DNA of 51,739 nt, the filler included, from Dimargaris cristalligena (taxonomy: Eukaryota): the NCBI GenBank assembly GCA_003614675.1. It is 3 parts of 3 records of this genome, joined end to end, with 100 filler letters (N's around TTAATTAATTAA, not from the genome) between each part and the next. Parts side by side here need not be neighbours in the genome. Positions count along the whole stretch, not along the records: positions 1 to 17,200 come from ML002816.1; positions 17,301 to 34,482 come from ML002817.1; 1 more part is not named here. One strand, written 5' to 3'. The position numbers were made by a program, and so were the translations under genes. Of this stretch, positions 12,466 to 25,319 are shown piece by piece. Position 1 is the stretch's first letter. The number at the start of each line of letters is the position of its first letter. The notes beneath the pieces were generated by a model. It had not been told where the DNA came from. It did no database searches and worked only from the letters and a program-made list of their open reading frames with translations.

Positions 12466-15400
12466 TCTAAAAGTACGAGAGGGTGGGAGAGAATGCGACG
12501 GGCGACAATTATTGGAGAGGCGCGACTTGGCTGAACTCGGGCGGTTAGAGAGGGAGAAAGAGAGAGGGAGAAAATGACGGTGAAACGGATGAGGTAGGAG
12601 GAAAGAAGGGGAATGGAAGGTAAGCAACGCCAAGAAGGCTGGGTGGGGCTCGCGTAGAGTAGGAGGGGTGGTGAATCAAGGTGTGGAGTAAGGGGCAATA
12701 GTCTTCTTATACGGGAGAGTGATTCAACTAGGTTGAGTTCGCTGAGTAAAAGATGGGGGAACTGGGGCGCGCCAGCAAAGTGTAAGATAGATATAGTAAG
12801 AGAAAGAGAGAAAGAGTGAGAAGGAGAGGAGAGAGGGATCTCAACTACCGAACAAGAAGAGGCTGGGTGGGCTGGGCTGGGCGAGAAAGGATGAGCCAAA
12901 AAGAGGGCGGACAAATAAGTGAAGCGGTGGGCGAAATACAGAGAAACAAAGTACCAGGCCTGTTGTAGCAAGTGTTACTTGGGCAACACGGAGAGGAAAG
13001 TGCTATGTATGTATAATAAATTCAATTTCTATAATAAAGAGATGAGAGAACACAATACCACACCCCTTTGCTTTGGGTAAGAAGAATGGACTTGGTTTGG
13101 TAAGGAATGGTATTCAACGGGAGAAAGAAGAGAGCAGGGAGACAGTGAGGACGGTGGGTATATATAAGTATGTGCGTAGAATGAATGGAGAAATGGTATG
13201 GCCGATGTATGTGCACTGGCATTTAATAATTTGGGCTTTATCCGCAACAGCGGCTAAGGCGTGCGGGAGGACTTTGGCTGGGCTCCGCATATTCTGTAGC
13301 TATTATTGACACCGGCCACGCTGGGGAATAAGTACTACTACTCTAGAATAGAATAGAATATATATAGGATTTCTATCCACAGTGGGTGGGAACCTGGCAC
13401 TACACATTCGGCAGCCTGTCAAAACGATGCCCCAGATTGGGTGGGTTTCGAGACTATGATAGGTCCAAGACTACCAAGTAAAAGTATGTTGGACACTCCC
13501 AGCAGCGGATGCTACCCAATAAAGGCACGATCATCATCCCCATTGCTTTATGCTGGTGGAAAGAAGAGAAGGAAGGGCATGGCGCTGTTCCACTCCTTCT
13601 CCTCTTCCTAGTTAGATGCGATTTATCCTGCACACCATTCATCATTCAGTATAAACCATTCGGGGAGTTGCACATGCCTCTTGTCATGGCAGATAGCATC
13701 TCTCTCCGATTCTAGTTAGTTAGCCCACCACCACCCGGTATCCCTCTAAAAAAAGGAAATGCACCGCTAATGTGATTGATTGCCCCCATTAATTGCTGCC
13801 ATTCGTTGGTTAGATTGAATCCCCTCCCCCTCCCGTTGGAGGAATACCGCCACTATTATTAGTACCGTTGTGGACAAATAATCACTTGGACCTTAGTCGG
13901 TCGGTAGCCATAATACTTACATCATACATAGGAGGCAGACAGACAGACGACTGCTTATCCAGAATGCAGGGTAGAGGCTCTGGACTTGAGGAAGTGCACT
14001 TATCCCCTAGAAGAGGCCTAGATGGCCTGATGGTTCTCAGTAGACTGCGAATCCCTTGCCCAAGCCCAAATACCGCAAATGTATAGTCCGTTTAGGACTA
14101 TTATACTACTCCCTCAACCGGAAACCCCAACTTCTGTGAAGGGGGGGAGGGTAGAGCTAACCAATACAGTCGGCTAAATTTATAAAATGTTATTTCCCTA
14201 TTCTATACTTGGGAATCCAGGGGGTGTGGCTTGGTATAAATTGGCCCACCTGACCACTGTGGGATGGAGTGATAGAGGGCGGCGAGGGGGGATGTAAGCA
14301 GCAGAGCAGTGGTAATTGGTAGCCGACTGGCATTAAAAAGCGCGAGGTGTATACTTACTAACTTTGTAAACTATTCAGTATCAGATGGGTATCCTCCTGC
14401 CCTCCGCCTTATCCTACACTTATCCTACACTTGGCCCATTTTGAACATATATGTATGTATCCAAATTTAGCCACGCTTCAATAATATGGGTGGGCCATTT
14501 CGTTTGGGTAATCGGCCCAATACACGGATTGGACTTTCTATTCGACAACCCTATCCCCGGATTCGATATTTTAACCCCCTATTATTTGCCGTAAATTAGT
14601 ATAAACTAGTGATTATATAAGCTACACGCCCAACGAAACATTAGAATATAGGTGCAGACTTGGCAAATAGTAATTACCGGCGTGTAATTAAGCCACGAAG
14701 GCCCCCATTCACTACCCGCCACCTAGGATAATAGTACTCCTAACATATGCGACATCGCTTTATATAAGTCAGTACATGAATAGGTCCAACAATAACCGAC
14801 TAATTTACAAGAGTAGGCTGAAATCTATAGTAACTCTAATATAAGTCACTGTAGCAAATTCGGAGATATTGAAACCAGACGCGGAAATCATCCGGCCCTT
14901 TCGCATACATTTAGCCTACTGAATAAAGCTTCCTAAAACCATAGCTGACCGTCCAATGATTATTCTAAAGTAGATCATATCATGAGGAGGCGTCATAAAA
15001 GAACCTCTTCACATTATATTTGCCATTTCCCCATCGACTGATCGTCTTTTAATCTTCACTGTGATGCAGCCAGGTACTGCTGACATTTAGAATTTACACC
15101 AAACTCATGGCCAGGCAATTGCTTCAAAAATGAGATTACTTGCAAGTAGCTTGCTGACTCTCGCACCCGAAACAGCCCCAGCCTTCGTAGAAATACCCCG
15201 TGATACACCACCACACGCAAATGCAAAGTCAACAATAGTTTGCAGTATAATCCGAATTCTCTTTATCGTAGGCCTGTTAGCCACTACTTCAACTATGGGG
15301 TAAACGTGATCTTGGAATTACCTTTGATCATACTCTAGTAGTAACCAATGCTACACGGAATACAAGGACTAGGTATTCAAACATGGTGGCTTTGACAATA

Positions 15401-16153
15401 GCCTGTGGTCAATAGTGGCTAACTAAGATACCTAGGACCAATCACAGTTTTCTCTATAAGGTAGTCCTGTTTCCAAAAATTTCGCGCACCAGTCCTAATT
15501 CTAGTGAGCAGATATCCAATAGATCATTAGGATTTACAATAAATTCCATATAATACATGATATATTGGTGTCCACCAACATGACCAACTAATTTATCAAT
15601 TATAATCAACTTATTCTTATAGTAACTATATCCCATCCAAGTCTCATTATAAGTCGCTCAATGGCAGTTTTCCGTTCACAGCGATTTGTGCTACAAAGCA
15701 ATACAATTTTTTATCAATGGGGAGTAAAAATGTGCCAAGAGGATGCCCAAAAACCGGGTAAAGAAGGGCATTTTATAGATATCAATAAATATAATTACCA
15801 AGATAGGGGACAAGCTAATTAGAAAATGAGGCATCAATAGTCAGTCAATTAGCTACGGGTTACGTATGGAAATAATTGGCTTGGCTCTACATAGCCGAAT
15901 TGACCAAGGCATACACGTGGGGCTAATCAGAGAAATACTAGATGGAACTACTAGGTGATCAAATAAACCACTAGCAGGTACTGAAGGTGGGGTATGGACA
16001 TTGTATGGGTGAACAAGGAGGATGGGCATGGTTGAAGAGGGGCACCATGCCTGTGGTTACGTGGTCGTCCCTCGAAGATACAAGCTGGCCATGGTTGCAA
16101 ATAGAGCATGACTACTTATTGGGCTTAATTATTTCGATTTTTAAGTATATATA

Positions 16154-16915
16154 CAGTGGCTTCAAAAAGGGTATCAATATTTTGCACTTTTGAATTTGAA
16201 TAATAATTACTCGGCACTTAGGAAAGCTATCCATAAATAAATACCACCATAAAAAATCCCCATGTCTCTAGTATATATTTGTATAATTATAAGTTTATTA
16301 CTATATTCAATAAAAAGATTTAAAGATTTAAAAAAGATTGGCACATTGATACACTTATTGGAATTGCCGCAAAAAAATAAAAAATCTTCAAAAATGATGG
16401 TTAATAGTCAATTCAGTAACCCTTATTGGTAAGAACCTGTTTTCAACACTTGTGCATGGTACCAATGACCTTTTGGCACTCCTCTTTGGTAACTGAATAC
16501 CAAGTTACTTGAATCTTTTCCCAATGTTCAATCATCCCTTTAGGAGGCTGGTTAAAGTTACAGTAGAGCTGATTTTTGAGAAGGGCCCACATGTTTTCAA
16601 TGGGGTTAAGGTCCGGGGACTGTGTAGGCTACTCTATAACCTTGAATCTCTGCTTGGCAAGCCATTTTTGGACAGATTTGGCTGTGTGTTTGGGGTCATT
16701 ATCCTATTGAAAGGTTATTTTATTAATGTTAATGTGATAATTTTCAACTGAAGAGGGCAGATACTCCTCAAGGATACTCTTGTAGAGGTACTGGTCAAGT
16801 AGGTTGCCAATTTTAACAATATTGCCAATACCATTGGATATAATATAGCTCCAAAGCTTGATGTTTCCATCACCATGTTTAATAGTTTTATCAATATGGG
16901 TGAAGTTCAACCTGG
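16154..16915 (-). mobile_element. Degenerate Tc1/mariner (DD34E) DNA transposon: 3' half of the transposase plus one terminal repeat
   Basis: Minus-strand translation TIKHGDGNIKLW...FQ*DNDPKHTAKSVQKWL...IE*PTQSPDLNPIENMW has 34 residues between D and E and two in-frame stops. The end TA|CAGTGGC at 16152-16160 is a typical Tc1 terminus. Confidence 0.88.
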
Positions 16916-17301
16916 CTATATAGGGTAAAATCCATATAGGTGGGTCATCATATTCAGGCCACGTGACCTTTGGGGGATGGACATAACCTTCCCCCCCCCC
17001 TATATTATCCACCCATCCATCACTACCAATATAAGCCAAGGAGATTTAGCCTATATTACGATGGGGAGGGGGCATGCACAGAAAGGGCAGGGGCAGTACT
17101 GATACTCAATTGAGTACCAGCATAGTTAGTGGCATTATATTTATGCTTATAATTGTACTAACCCCATAATACAATTATAAGCCCTGTCCTTTTAAGCTCT
17201 NNNNNNNNNNNNNNNNNNNNNNNNNNNNNNNNNNNNNNNNNNNNTTAATTAATTAANNNNNNNNNNNNNNNNNNNNNNNNNNNNNNNNNNNNNNNNNNNN
17301 T

Positions 17302-17356
17302 TTGCCTCATCAAATGGATTTTTCGTTATACAGCCTTGCTGAACTACTCCCATATA
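17302..17356 (+). repeat. Partial copy of a dispersed repeat also present at about 46852-46997 and 47538-47682
   Basis: gcctcatcaaatggatttttcgttatacagccttgctgaactactcccatata versus gcctcatccaacggatttttcattatacagcctgaatgaacttctcccatata (47628-47680). Truncated on the left by an assembly gap. Confidence 0.8.
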
Positions 17357-18386
17357 TATATATAAGCAGGCAATTTGATCAAATGGCATTGCTACCTTCC
17401 TCTCTCCTCCACTGTCACTGGAAAGATGGAGATTAGTGGGCAGGTAGGTAGATTGCCCACCCCATATTATCAGCCACACACGCTCCATGGACTGTGTGTG
17501 ATCACTGTGGCTGAGTCGGTCGAGTTTTCCATTGGTGGATGGGCGTGGTGAAAAGGTGTGTGTACGGTATTCGCCACAATGGTTGGCCTTTCCTCCGAAC
17601 CATTCGGCAGTACAAAAAAAGAAATAGGCACCTGGTAGGCTTTTTACATAGTGGCCGGTTGGAATTTAGGGAGAATGGGTGGTTGTTGTCCAGTTAATGC
17701 AGCTATTCTCTTACACCACTGCTCAATGCGTATCGAATAAAACGAACTACTAATTACAATAAGACGAGGGATATCGCTACTACATTTAGATAACCCAACC
17801 ACGCCATTACCACCCACATACATACCCAAGTTGGCGAGCTTGTCCACGCGGCCTATTCACTACTAATGCAATCCGACTTCCTAGGATTGGTCCAGCGACA
17901 CCGCGCATTTATGGACCCGGCCCCGCCTAGTTGCAGTACGCGCATATGCATATATCGGCTCAATGCATACAACATGCCTCTACTACACCCTCTCTCCCTT
18001 TCGGCCCTATAAATTCAAATTGCGGCCATTTACCCTCTATACTCCCCCTTTCTTCCCTTTCCTTTCCCTTCTCTTCATTTTCCCCTTGGCCTTTTTCATT
18101 TCCCCCGTATATATATATATATACCCCATTTGGCACTCGGCGCCGCTTTCCGTGCATCCCCGTTTTAGCATTGTGGCTCCCGTTTTGGTGTAATCCATCG
18201 ATAAAAACAGGAGTAGCACGCGCCAACATTGCTGTCTCATCCGAAACTTGTCGCTTTGATCCTCGATTTCCGCCCCACTGACCGCCGCCCTCCCTGTCCA
18301 TCGTGACTCATTATTATAGATTCTTACTCAAAGCGGGGAATTAGCCCTGCCTTGTTGCAATCAATAAACTCCACTCTCTTAATTCC

Positions 18387-18417
<31 letters not shown>

Positions 18418-20201
18418 TCTCTGTACTCTCCTTCCTGGTCCAACTACACAAACCACTGTCCAGATTCCTTCTCCCCAATCTAACCTAAACGGGGGGACCT
18501 TCTTTCTATATGCCATCTGATCCTTATTAATCTAATGCCTCCTTGACGCGGCTGGAATCATCGACCCATACTGCACTGAACTGACGTCCCCAATTCCGTT
18601 CTATCGCCAGTGCCCTTTTTTCACACTCCCGTGACGCACAGGAACCGGTGGCGTTATTTACACTCCCATTGATTGATCCCTTTTGTTTCTCATCCTCCCA
18701 CTTCGGGGTTGGTCTGTTGCAGCTATCGGGTAAATCAGCCCGCATATAGAACAGCCACTGAGCCGGCAAGTACCTGCACGGTGCCTGGTTTATTCTCCCA
18801 CAGCCTCTCCTCCCATCCACACTGCCAATTTTCAAGGGTGCTGCTACTTTATTACAAATCACACACAAGTATACCTATCTATCTATTCTGCCGTTGCTGG
18901 TCACAACTATATTAACAGGGGCCTCCCGTCTCATCCATTGGTTTTAAATTTACAACCTCTCCTATATTCTGCATATCCCCCCCTCTTCCTCCTCCTTTCC
19001 TGGCCTATCTCCTGATTTTTACTGGACATCGCTGCGCCTTCTCCCTCTCTCACCACGCACTTTCATTGAGCCTGGCCTATCGACTTTGGCTGTTGCTCAG
19101 AACCACTCAACTATTCGCTCTACAGCAACGTGCTTAATGTTGATTGTTTTAGGCGGTGCCTTGTTTTACCTCTCATTTTAGATTACTTTAACTGCTACTT
19201 CTTCACTCAATTGTTGGGGAGACGGACGACTCGAGTAAAAGGTTCCTTCTTCCACCTGCGCACTACTTACTCTTTATACGTTTTCCTCTCTTTTCGCCCT
19301 GCATTTGTCCTTTCCAGTGCACGTGTCCATTTGCCGTGTTAGTTCGGGCCATTTCAAGATAATATCACACACACACACACCCCATCTGTACAGCTTAGTT
19401 GTGATGAGAATTCCTTGGTGAATATATATATATATCTTGGCCCTTATTTCTCTTCTACTACTTACTTGCTGACCCTTCGTCTGGTGTCTTATCCTCTTCC
19501 TCCTGTTTTGCTGGGGGTATTTTCTCATCCTCCCCTTTCTGCCTTCTGCTATTACAAGGTGACACTCTCCTTGCCTGATCTATATTTATCAGGTCAAGTC
19601 TCTCTCGTCTACCCTGGTCTTTGGTGCACAAGCGAAACCTTCATACTTTCCTTCTTTGGTTGCATATTCCTCAGTGTTTCTTCCCTCCTTAACCTTCATA
19701 ACATCCCCGCTCTTCATATCGCCCTCGTTTGAGTAACCTGTCCTTTTTTTTACCCGACCCATCCTATCCATTGTGGTCGCCTGATAGCTCTTGTACCCTT
19801 TACTCAACCCTACTTGCCCCATTGCTGTGGGTGACTCGATCCCCCTACTCTTCTTTCCTCTCTGTCCCCTCCGGTTGACATTTTACCCCCATTCCGTAGT
19901 CTATCTTAGCGGCATATTCGCTCGCTACTTTGATTCCCCTACCCCAAGCCCACCTCCACCAACCCATTGTCAACCCCTCCCATTTGCACGTGTCAAGAAC
20001 CTTGGTCGTGAATTCAATCTTCGGATTGTACAAGCCAAATCGTCGAGAGCCCAGTCCGGAAACACCTGTCGATTTATCGCTCCAAAATTCTAACCGGGCA
20101 TATAGGTTCCGTTTCCCCCACCCCGGGCCGTTTACCCCACCGAGAATACCGCCCTTTTCCTCATTTCACCACCACTACCCCCCCTCCCTACCCCGTTGGG
20201 C

Positions 20202-22055
20202 ATGGCCACTTACTCGTTCCCCTCGCAGCCGAAGCCCCGGACTGCCGAAACCGATCTTGCCCCGGTTACTCACCTTGGCTATACCATGGGTTCTGGCTAC
20301 GGTGGCTCTAACTCCTCGATTATCTTTAGCGGCCTCACTTCGGCTACCGCTCCTACCACCCGCTGTTCGTCTCCAGTTCTGGCGGACGACGACGAGCGTC
20401 TCTCTGATTGCTCCGAATATCCCTCCAACCAGCCTCTATTCTTGAACTTTACCTCTGACTTGGCCCCCTTCAACGCTGCCAAGAAGCAAAAGAGCCGTAA
20501 AAGCAACGTCTATAAAGTAAGTGGGGTCAATATCCTGAACCGTAATAGCGTGGAAAGTCGGACAGTTATGGAGCGCATCCAGCGTCGGCGGGAGAACCAC
20601 AATTTCGTGGAACGTCGTCGGCGAGACAATATCAATTACACCATTACTGAACTGGCCGGGGTAATCCCTGCTGCTCACCAGGATGGTGCCAAGCTGAACA
20701 AGGGCAGTGTCCTACGCATGGCGGTGGACTATATCCGGGAACTTCAGGAGGAAAACCAATCCTTGCGCGGGCGCTTGGGCCTGTCTCCTATCCAGATCCC
20801 ATCGGGCCAACCTCCTGCTGGTTTCGTCATTGGCGCCCCCGCTTCCGGGTCCGGTCTGACCAGCGCCCACCGGGACTCCTCGTCGCAGCTCCACAGCAAT
20901 TACTCATCTCGCCGTAACTCCCTGGTGGCCGCCCCCCTTACGTCTTCGACGGATTCGTCCACAGCGAACACACCTTCGGCGGCTCGTAATAGTAATGCCG
21001 GGCCCTCCCCTCATCCTCCGCCTTCCTTCATCAACCCACACAATGGCTTTGGTATAGGCGGCGGGGATCACACCCAACCCCCTACCTCATTACCACTATA
21101 CCATGTTCCCTCCACAATGGGCTTCAACCCCAATCTCCCGGGTTTGATGGTGAATGGGGCAACCCACTCGCCCGGACCTAGTGGGGCCAATATGCGTTCG
21201 ACCCCTGGTTCCCCGCATTATTACAGCAGCAGCAGCAATCCGCCGTCGCAGCCCCATACACCAACAGCCCACGACCGCGGCTCCACCTCGGTCCATTATC
21301 AGCCCTACCAGATTCCTCGGCAGCCTCTGAGTAGCGGCCGCGGGGTCGGAGTTGAGCACGGTGGAAACCACCCGTCTTTCCCCGAGATTATGGATACCAG
21401 AATGCGGGAGCTCGCTCCGGTTCCTACCCCGCTGCCCTCCATTCCCAATACGCCCGCCCCGTCTGTCCCTAATTCACCTGGTATCTCCCCGAATCGACCC
21501 ATTGAAGATCTACACCTTCCTTCGCTTAACGAACGGCTTTATAATGGCGGGCAACCGCCGGCTACCGTCAGCAGTGGTATTTCAATAGGAAACTGCCATT
21601 CGGGTGGTGTCGGTGCCCCTCTGCCTCCGCCGCTATTAGGAGCACTGAACCCTATGGGAGGTGGAGGAGGCATGCTCATGTCGACAGTTACCAGCTCCAA
21701 CGGTGGCAGCACCGCCATTCCCCCTCCATACCTAAGCCAGCCTATTCCCTATGTGCAGGTGAAGAGCGAGTTCCCCAACTCCCCACATCCTTACCATCAT
21801 CACCAGCATCCGCAGCAGTCTGGGGGAGGAGGAGGAGGCACACCGTTGCCATCCCTAATTGCCACCCTTTCGAATGCGGCCAAAATTCCCAGTCACATAC
21901 CGCCAGCGGCAGCCGCCCCCGCTACTCATTCACAACCACTCATGACTGGTTACCACGGCCCCGGTTCTTCCACGCCAGCCTCCCCTGCCACTCCGACGGT
22001 TATCCACGGTTCCCATTCCAGCCATGCCGCCGAACGGTTTCATCCGAGGTTTTGA
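20202..22055 (+). CDS. bHLH(-Zip) transcription factor, class B E-box binder (MiT-TFE/Rtg3/Cbf1-like), with a long Pro/Ser/Gly/His-rich tail; about 617 aa
   Basis: RRRENHNFVERRRRDNINYTITELAGVIP...KLNKGSVLRMAVDYIRELQEENQSLR, with the H5-E9-R13 basic signature. First ATG at 20202 (the ORF track starts at a TTG). Confidence 0.88.
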   Translation: MATYSFPSQPKPRTAETDLAPVTHLGYTMGSGYGGSNSSIIFSGLTSATAPTTRCSSPVLADDDERLSDCSEYPSNQPLFLNFTSDLAPFNAAKKQKSRKSNVYKVSGVNILNRNSVESRTVMERIQRRRENHNFVERRRRDNINYTITELAGVIPAAHQDGAKLNKGSVLRMAVDYIRELQEENQSLRGRLGLSPIQIPSGQPPAGFVIGAPASGSGLTSAHRDSSSQLHSNYSSRRNSLVAAPLTSSTDSSTANTPSAARNSNAGPSPHPPPSFINPHNGFGIGGGDHTQPPTSLPLYHVPSTMGFNPNLPGLMVNGATHSPGPSGANMRSTPGSPHYYSSSSNPPSQPHTPTAHDRGSTSVHYQPYQIPRQPLSSGRGVGVEHGGNHPSFPEIMDTRMRELAPVPTPLPSIPNTPAPSVPNSPGISPNRPIEDLHLPSLNERLYNGGQPPATVSSGISIGNCHSGGVGAPLPPPLLGALNPMGGGGGMLMSTVTSSNGGSTAIPPPYLSQPIPYVQVKSEFPNSPHPYHHHQHPQQSGGGGGGTPLPSLIATLSNAAKIPSHIPPAAAAPATHSQPLMTGYHGPGSSTPASPATPTVIHGSHSSHAAERFHPRF

Positions 22056-24173
22056 GGGGTCGCCAAGCCTTAAATAGATCCACCATTTATCATGGCATTT
22101 AACTATAGACCAACATATAGATTGGAATTTGCGCCCTCTGTGCATTCCTCCCCTTTTGAAGTTTCTCCAACTCATGCGATTAGTAGGGGGTCCTATCATC
22201 CTTTCTTATGCCCTCTCCCCCGCATTTCACTATAAATAACCCAATCGATTCTTCACGTTGCATGGTTACATTTTTGTTATGTTTAACCACTCTTGTTATC
22301 ATCTTTCTCTCCCCTCATTGCTCTTAAGCAATTTGGCCGAATGCTTTTCATAACCCCAAAATCCATCCCCTCCCCTCGTACCCCCCCATATCTTGTGTAG
22401 TGCATATATTTCACTTGCTATCATTATCCATTATTCCAAAATATAAGCACCGCGTCCTTACTTTATCCTTCTTTTGTGCTGTCTCTGTTTTTAAAGGTAC
22501 ACCCATTGATTTTTCCTTTTTCGGGTGATTTGCCCATACATTTACCATAGATTGGGCCAAGCGATAGGCCAGGCTATGCTATAAAAAACATGTACTCAAT
22601 CCCTGCCCAAATCTGAGGGCTTATCAATTCACTCCAAAGTCATTTATAGTCCACTACCACAGTCTGTTTCAGGGAGTTGGTCGCTTGTTGTAGATATATT
22701 TGTTTAATTCGTCGTCTCAATTTCGGGCGAATGGTTAACTAGCAATGTAATGGAAATTTGTCTATCGTAGGGCTCTAGTTTGCGATAGCCTTGTCAGACA
22801 ATATCCCAGCTGGCGAAGGCATCCCTACTTAGGAGTGTGGTTTAACATAGTTGCCCTTTTGTTCAGAATATTTCTATTATCTAAGGTTGCCGAGGGCGTC
22901 AATCGGGGAGATGCTGAAGGGGCCGATAAAAAGGTAGTGTGGTTCATTCTAATAGGGTTCATTTATGCCACGCCTGGAGGCATCTTCACAACCTAGTGAT
23001 ATTTCCATTCTTCTGAAATAACCGTACCAATTGAAATAGGGGATATGGTATAGGGCGAAATGTAAAATAGTCTTGAGCGAAGTGGTGGTCAATAATGGTC
23101 CTCGACTCTCCATTTTTTTTCGTCGTCATTGTTGCTATTTGAGCAAATACACAGCGTAAGGCTATGCTCACATTTGCTCTCTCTTGTTCTCCCGCTTGGC
23201 TACCCAGTCCACTCCTTGAGGTGCGCCTTGGCTCGGGGCATCGATAAAACCCTCTCCCGCCAAACCGTTGCCTGCTCCCCCGGTACTACACCTGTGCCTA
23301 CAATGTACTATTTCTAGTCAATGAGTGGGGATGGGGGGATCTTCGTCGAGCCTACCCTCCATCTCCCTCACATAAATGGTCTCGGAGCAGTTTTGCCCTC
23401 ACTCTGGTATTGTATCCCACTTTTTTTTTACCAGCCGGGCAGAGTCCGACCCTCAATAGCCGAGTCCCTACTTTAGCCATAATTATGTCAATGTCCCTGG
23501 GCCACTGTACATATATAGTAGTGACCCAGCCCCTCATACTCGGTAGCCACTTTGTTTAATAGAGATACCGCGCGGTTCTTGATTATCCAATATTCGAGGC
23601 CTCTCCCGTATACCTCATTTTTATCCTATTAAAATTTCCCATTGAAAAGCTCGGCACTTAAATAGGGCCCGTGGTTAGCTATGCGCTTTTTTCAAAAAGT
23701 AAATAAGATAAAAGGGAGTTACAGAGGCGATATTAGCGCCTCTTCCAAAAGGAAGAGTGAATCCATTTTGCATATTGCCCTGTATGATTGATGATTGAGA
23801 AGAGAGGTGCGTTGCCCTTGTTGTTTAATGCCACCTAGTGGGCTTTGCTGCCCCCCCCCCTTCCCGTGGCTCTCTCGGTGAATATTCGTTGGGCGTATAT
23901 AAAGTGACCCTTCGACCGTCTAATACGTTCCTGCGATTACCTCTACATTATATTATATCCGGGCTAGCTTTTCGGTTTATCGCCACCCCTATATTTACAT
24001 TTACACCTTAACCAGTGGTCTTCCCATATCGGGTTCAACTATTTAGATACGGTAGCACTTTTCATTTTCTAGGCTATATATATATATATATATCGCGTGG
24101 TTTATTGACTACATTGTTCAGCCTTGGCATTTTTACAGTCACTCACTTCTCTATCCTGTATTTCAACTCCCCG

Positions 24174-24608
24174 ATGAAGCCGTCTGTAGGATTATCCTTG
24201 GCCCTCGTGGGTCTATCGCTGGTTTTCGCCGTAAACGCATTACCCATCCCCGACGGAGAGGAGGGAGGAGACGCTACCCCCGCCGTCGTCATTCAAAGTT
24301 CAATGCCCGCCTCCGCCAACGGTGAAAACTTCATCCCTTTACAATTTGCCTCGGGCATGAGTCAGATGCAATTGGGGAGTTTGTTGGATGACGCGCACAT
24401 TGATGCGAATCAAATGACGAAACTTCTCGCGGACGCTGGCCTGGCCCCTTTGACGATACCGGACCTGAAAAAGTTCGCCGATGATAACAATACCAAAGTC
24501 CCCGCCCTGCTCGAAGAATTCCCGGCGGCTATGGTCCGCAAGAACTTGAGCGGTCCGGAGGTGTGGAAACTCATGGAGGAAATGAATAAGTCTCCCAAGG
24601 ACCTTTAG
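24174..24608 (+). CDS. Small secreted hypothetical protein, 144 aa, acidic
   Basis: Signal peptide MKPSVGLSLALVGLSLVFAVNA|LP. GC-rich coding-like composition within AT-rich flanks. No recognised domain. Confidence 0.7.
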   Translation: MKPSVGLSLALVGLSLVFAVNALPIPDGEEGGDATPAVVIQSSMPASANGENFIPLQFASGMSQMQLGSLLDDAHIDANQMTKLLADAGLAPLTIPDLKKFADDNNTKVPALLEEFPAAMVRKNLSGPEVWKLMEEMNKSPKDL

Positions 24609-25319
24609 CTTAATTAGATAAACGAGCCAGAGAGAGGATAACTATTTACTCAGTATAACCAAACTAAGGGTGTCATCGAGATGTCCGGTTTATATGAGCT
24701 CACAATTGGCCTTTCGGGCCTGGAATTTTGCTGGTTTCTTTAATGTTAGACACAGTGTTCTTTGCCCTGTCATATTGGTTCACCTAAATTTAAAATAAAT
24801 ATTAGATTAGTATCCTTAATACCATCGCAGTGAATCCCACGTGTTTTACAAACTGCCGCGATGCTCTCTAGCACAATAAACCAGCCGTTTCGTGGAAGAA
24901 CACATTTGCGTTTGCATTAGCGTGAAGGTGGCTAAAAACTGCATGCTACGCCTGAAAGCCTAGCCGAGATGACAACACCCCTCCTCCCTGGCTAGCTATT
25001 CAACTCCAGCCCCTCCTTACCTTTCCTTGCTTTTACATTTATAACTAGCTGGTCTTGCTGCATTTACCATTCCATTAGTAAGTATTGTTAATTTTAACTA
25101 GATATTCTTGTCTATACCGATTCCCAACTACCGCCGGAGCGAGGGTTGTCTTCATTACTTGCCCTCATTCAGCCCCATTCGTTAGCCGGATTAGGTTTCC
25201 GTTCGCGTACTTTGCATTTCCGACTCTATTATTCGGTGTCAGCCCCAGCCCTTTCCTTTGGTATTTTATTCCTTTACCCCCTCCTCTTTCCCCTCACAGT
25301 AGTCTCCCACTCTACCCCA

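Noticed and set aside
12466-13300. Hydrophobic-looking ORFs upstream of Ras and in 17.9-20.2 kb
   Set aside because: Translation of CT-rich leader sequence gives spurious Leu/Ser/Phe/Pro ORFs.
14800-15700. Region with mixed coding-like composition
   Set aside because: Frames examined are interrupted by stops and I recognise no protein motif.
16918-17055. Possible small MITE (tatagggtaaaatcc ... gagatttagcctata) at the Tc1 breakpoint
   Set aside because: The inverted match is short and imperfect, and there is no second copy in the window.
17201-17300. N-run with embedded TTAATTAATTAA
   Set aside because: An identical construct occurs at 34483-34582. It is a scaffolding spacer with stop codons in all frames, not biology.
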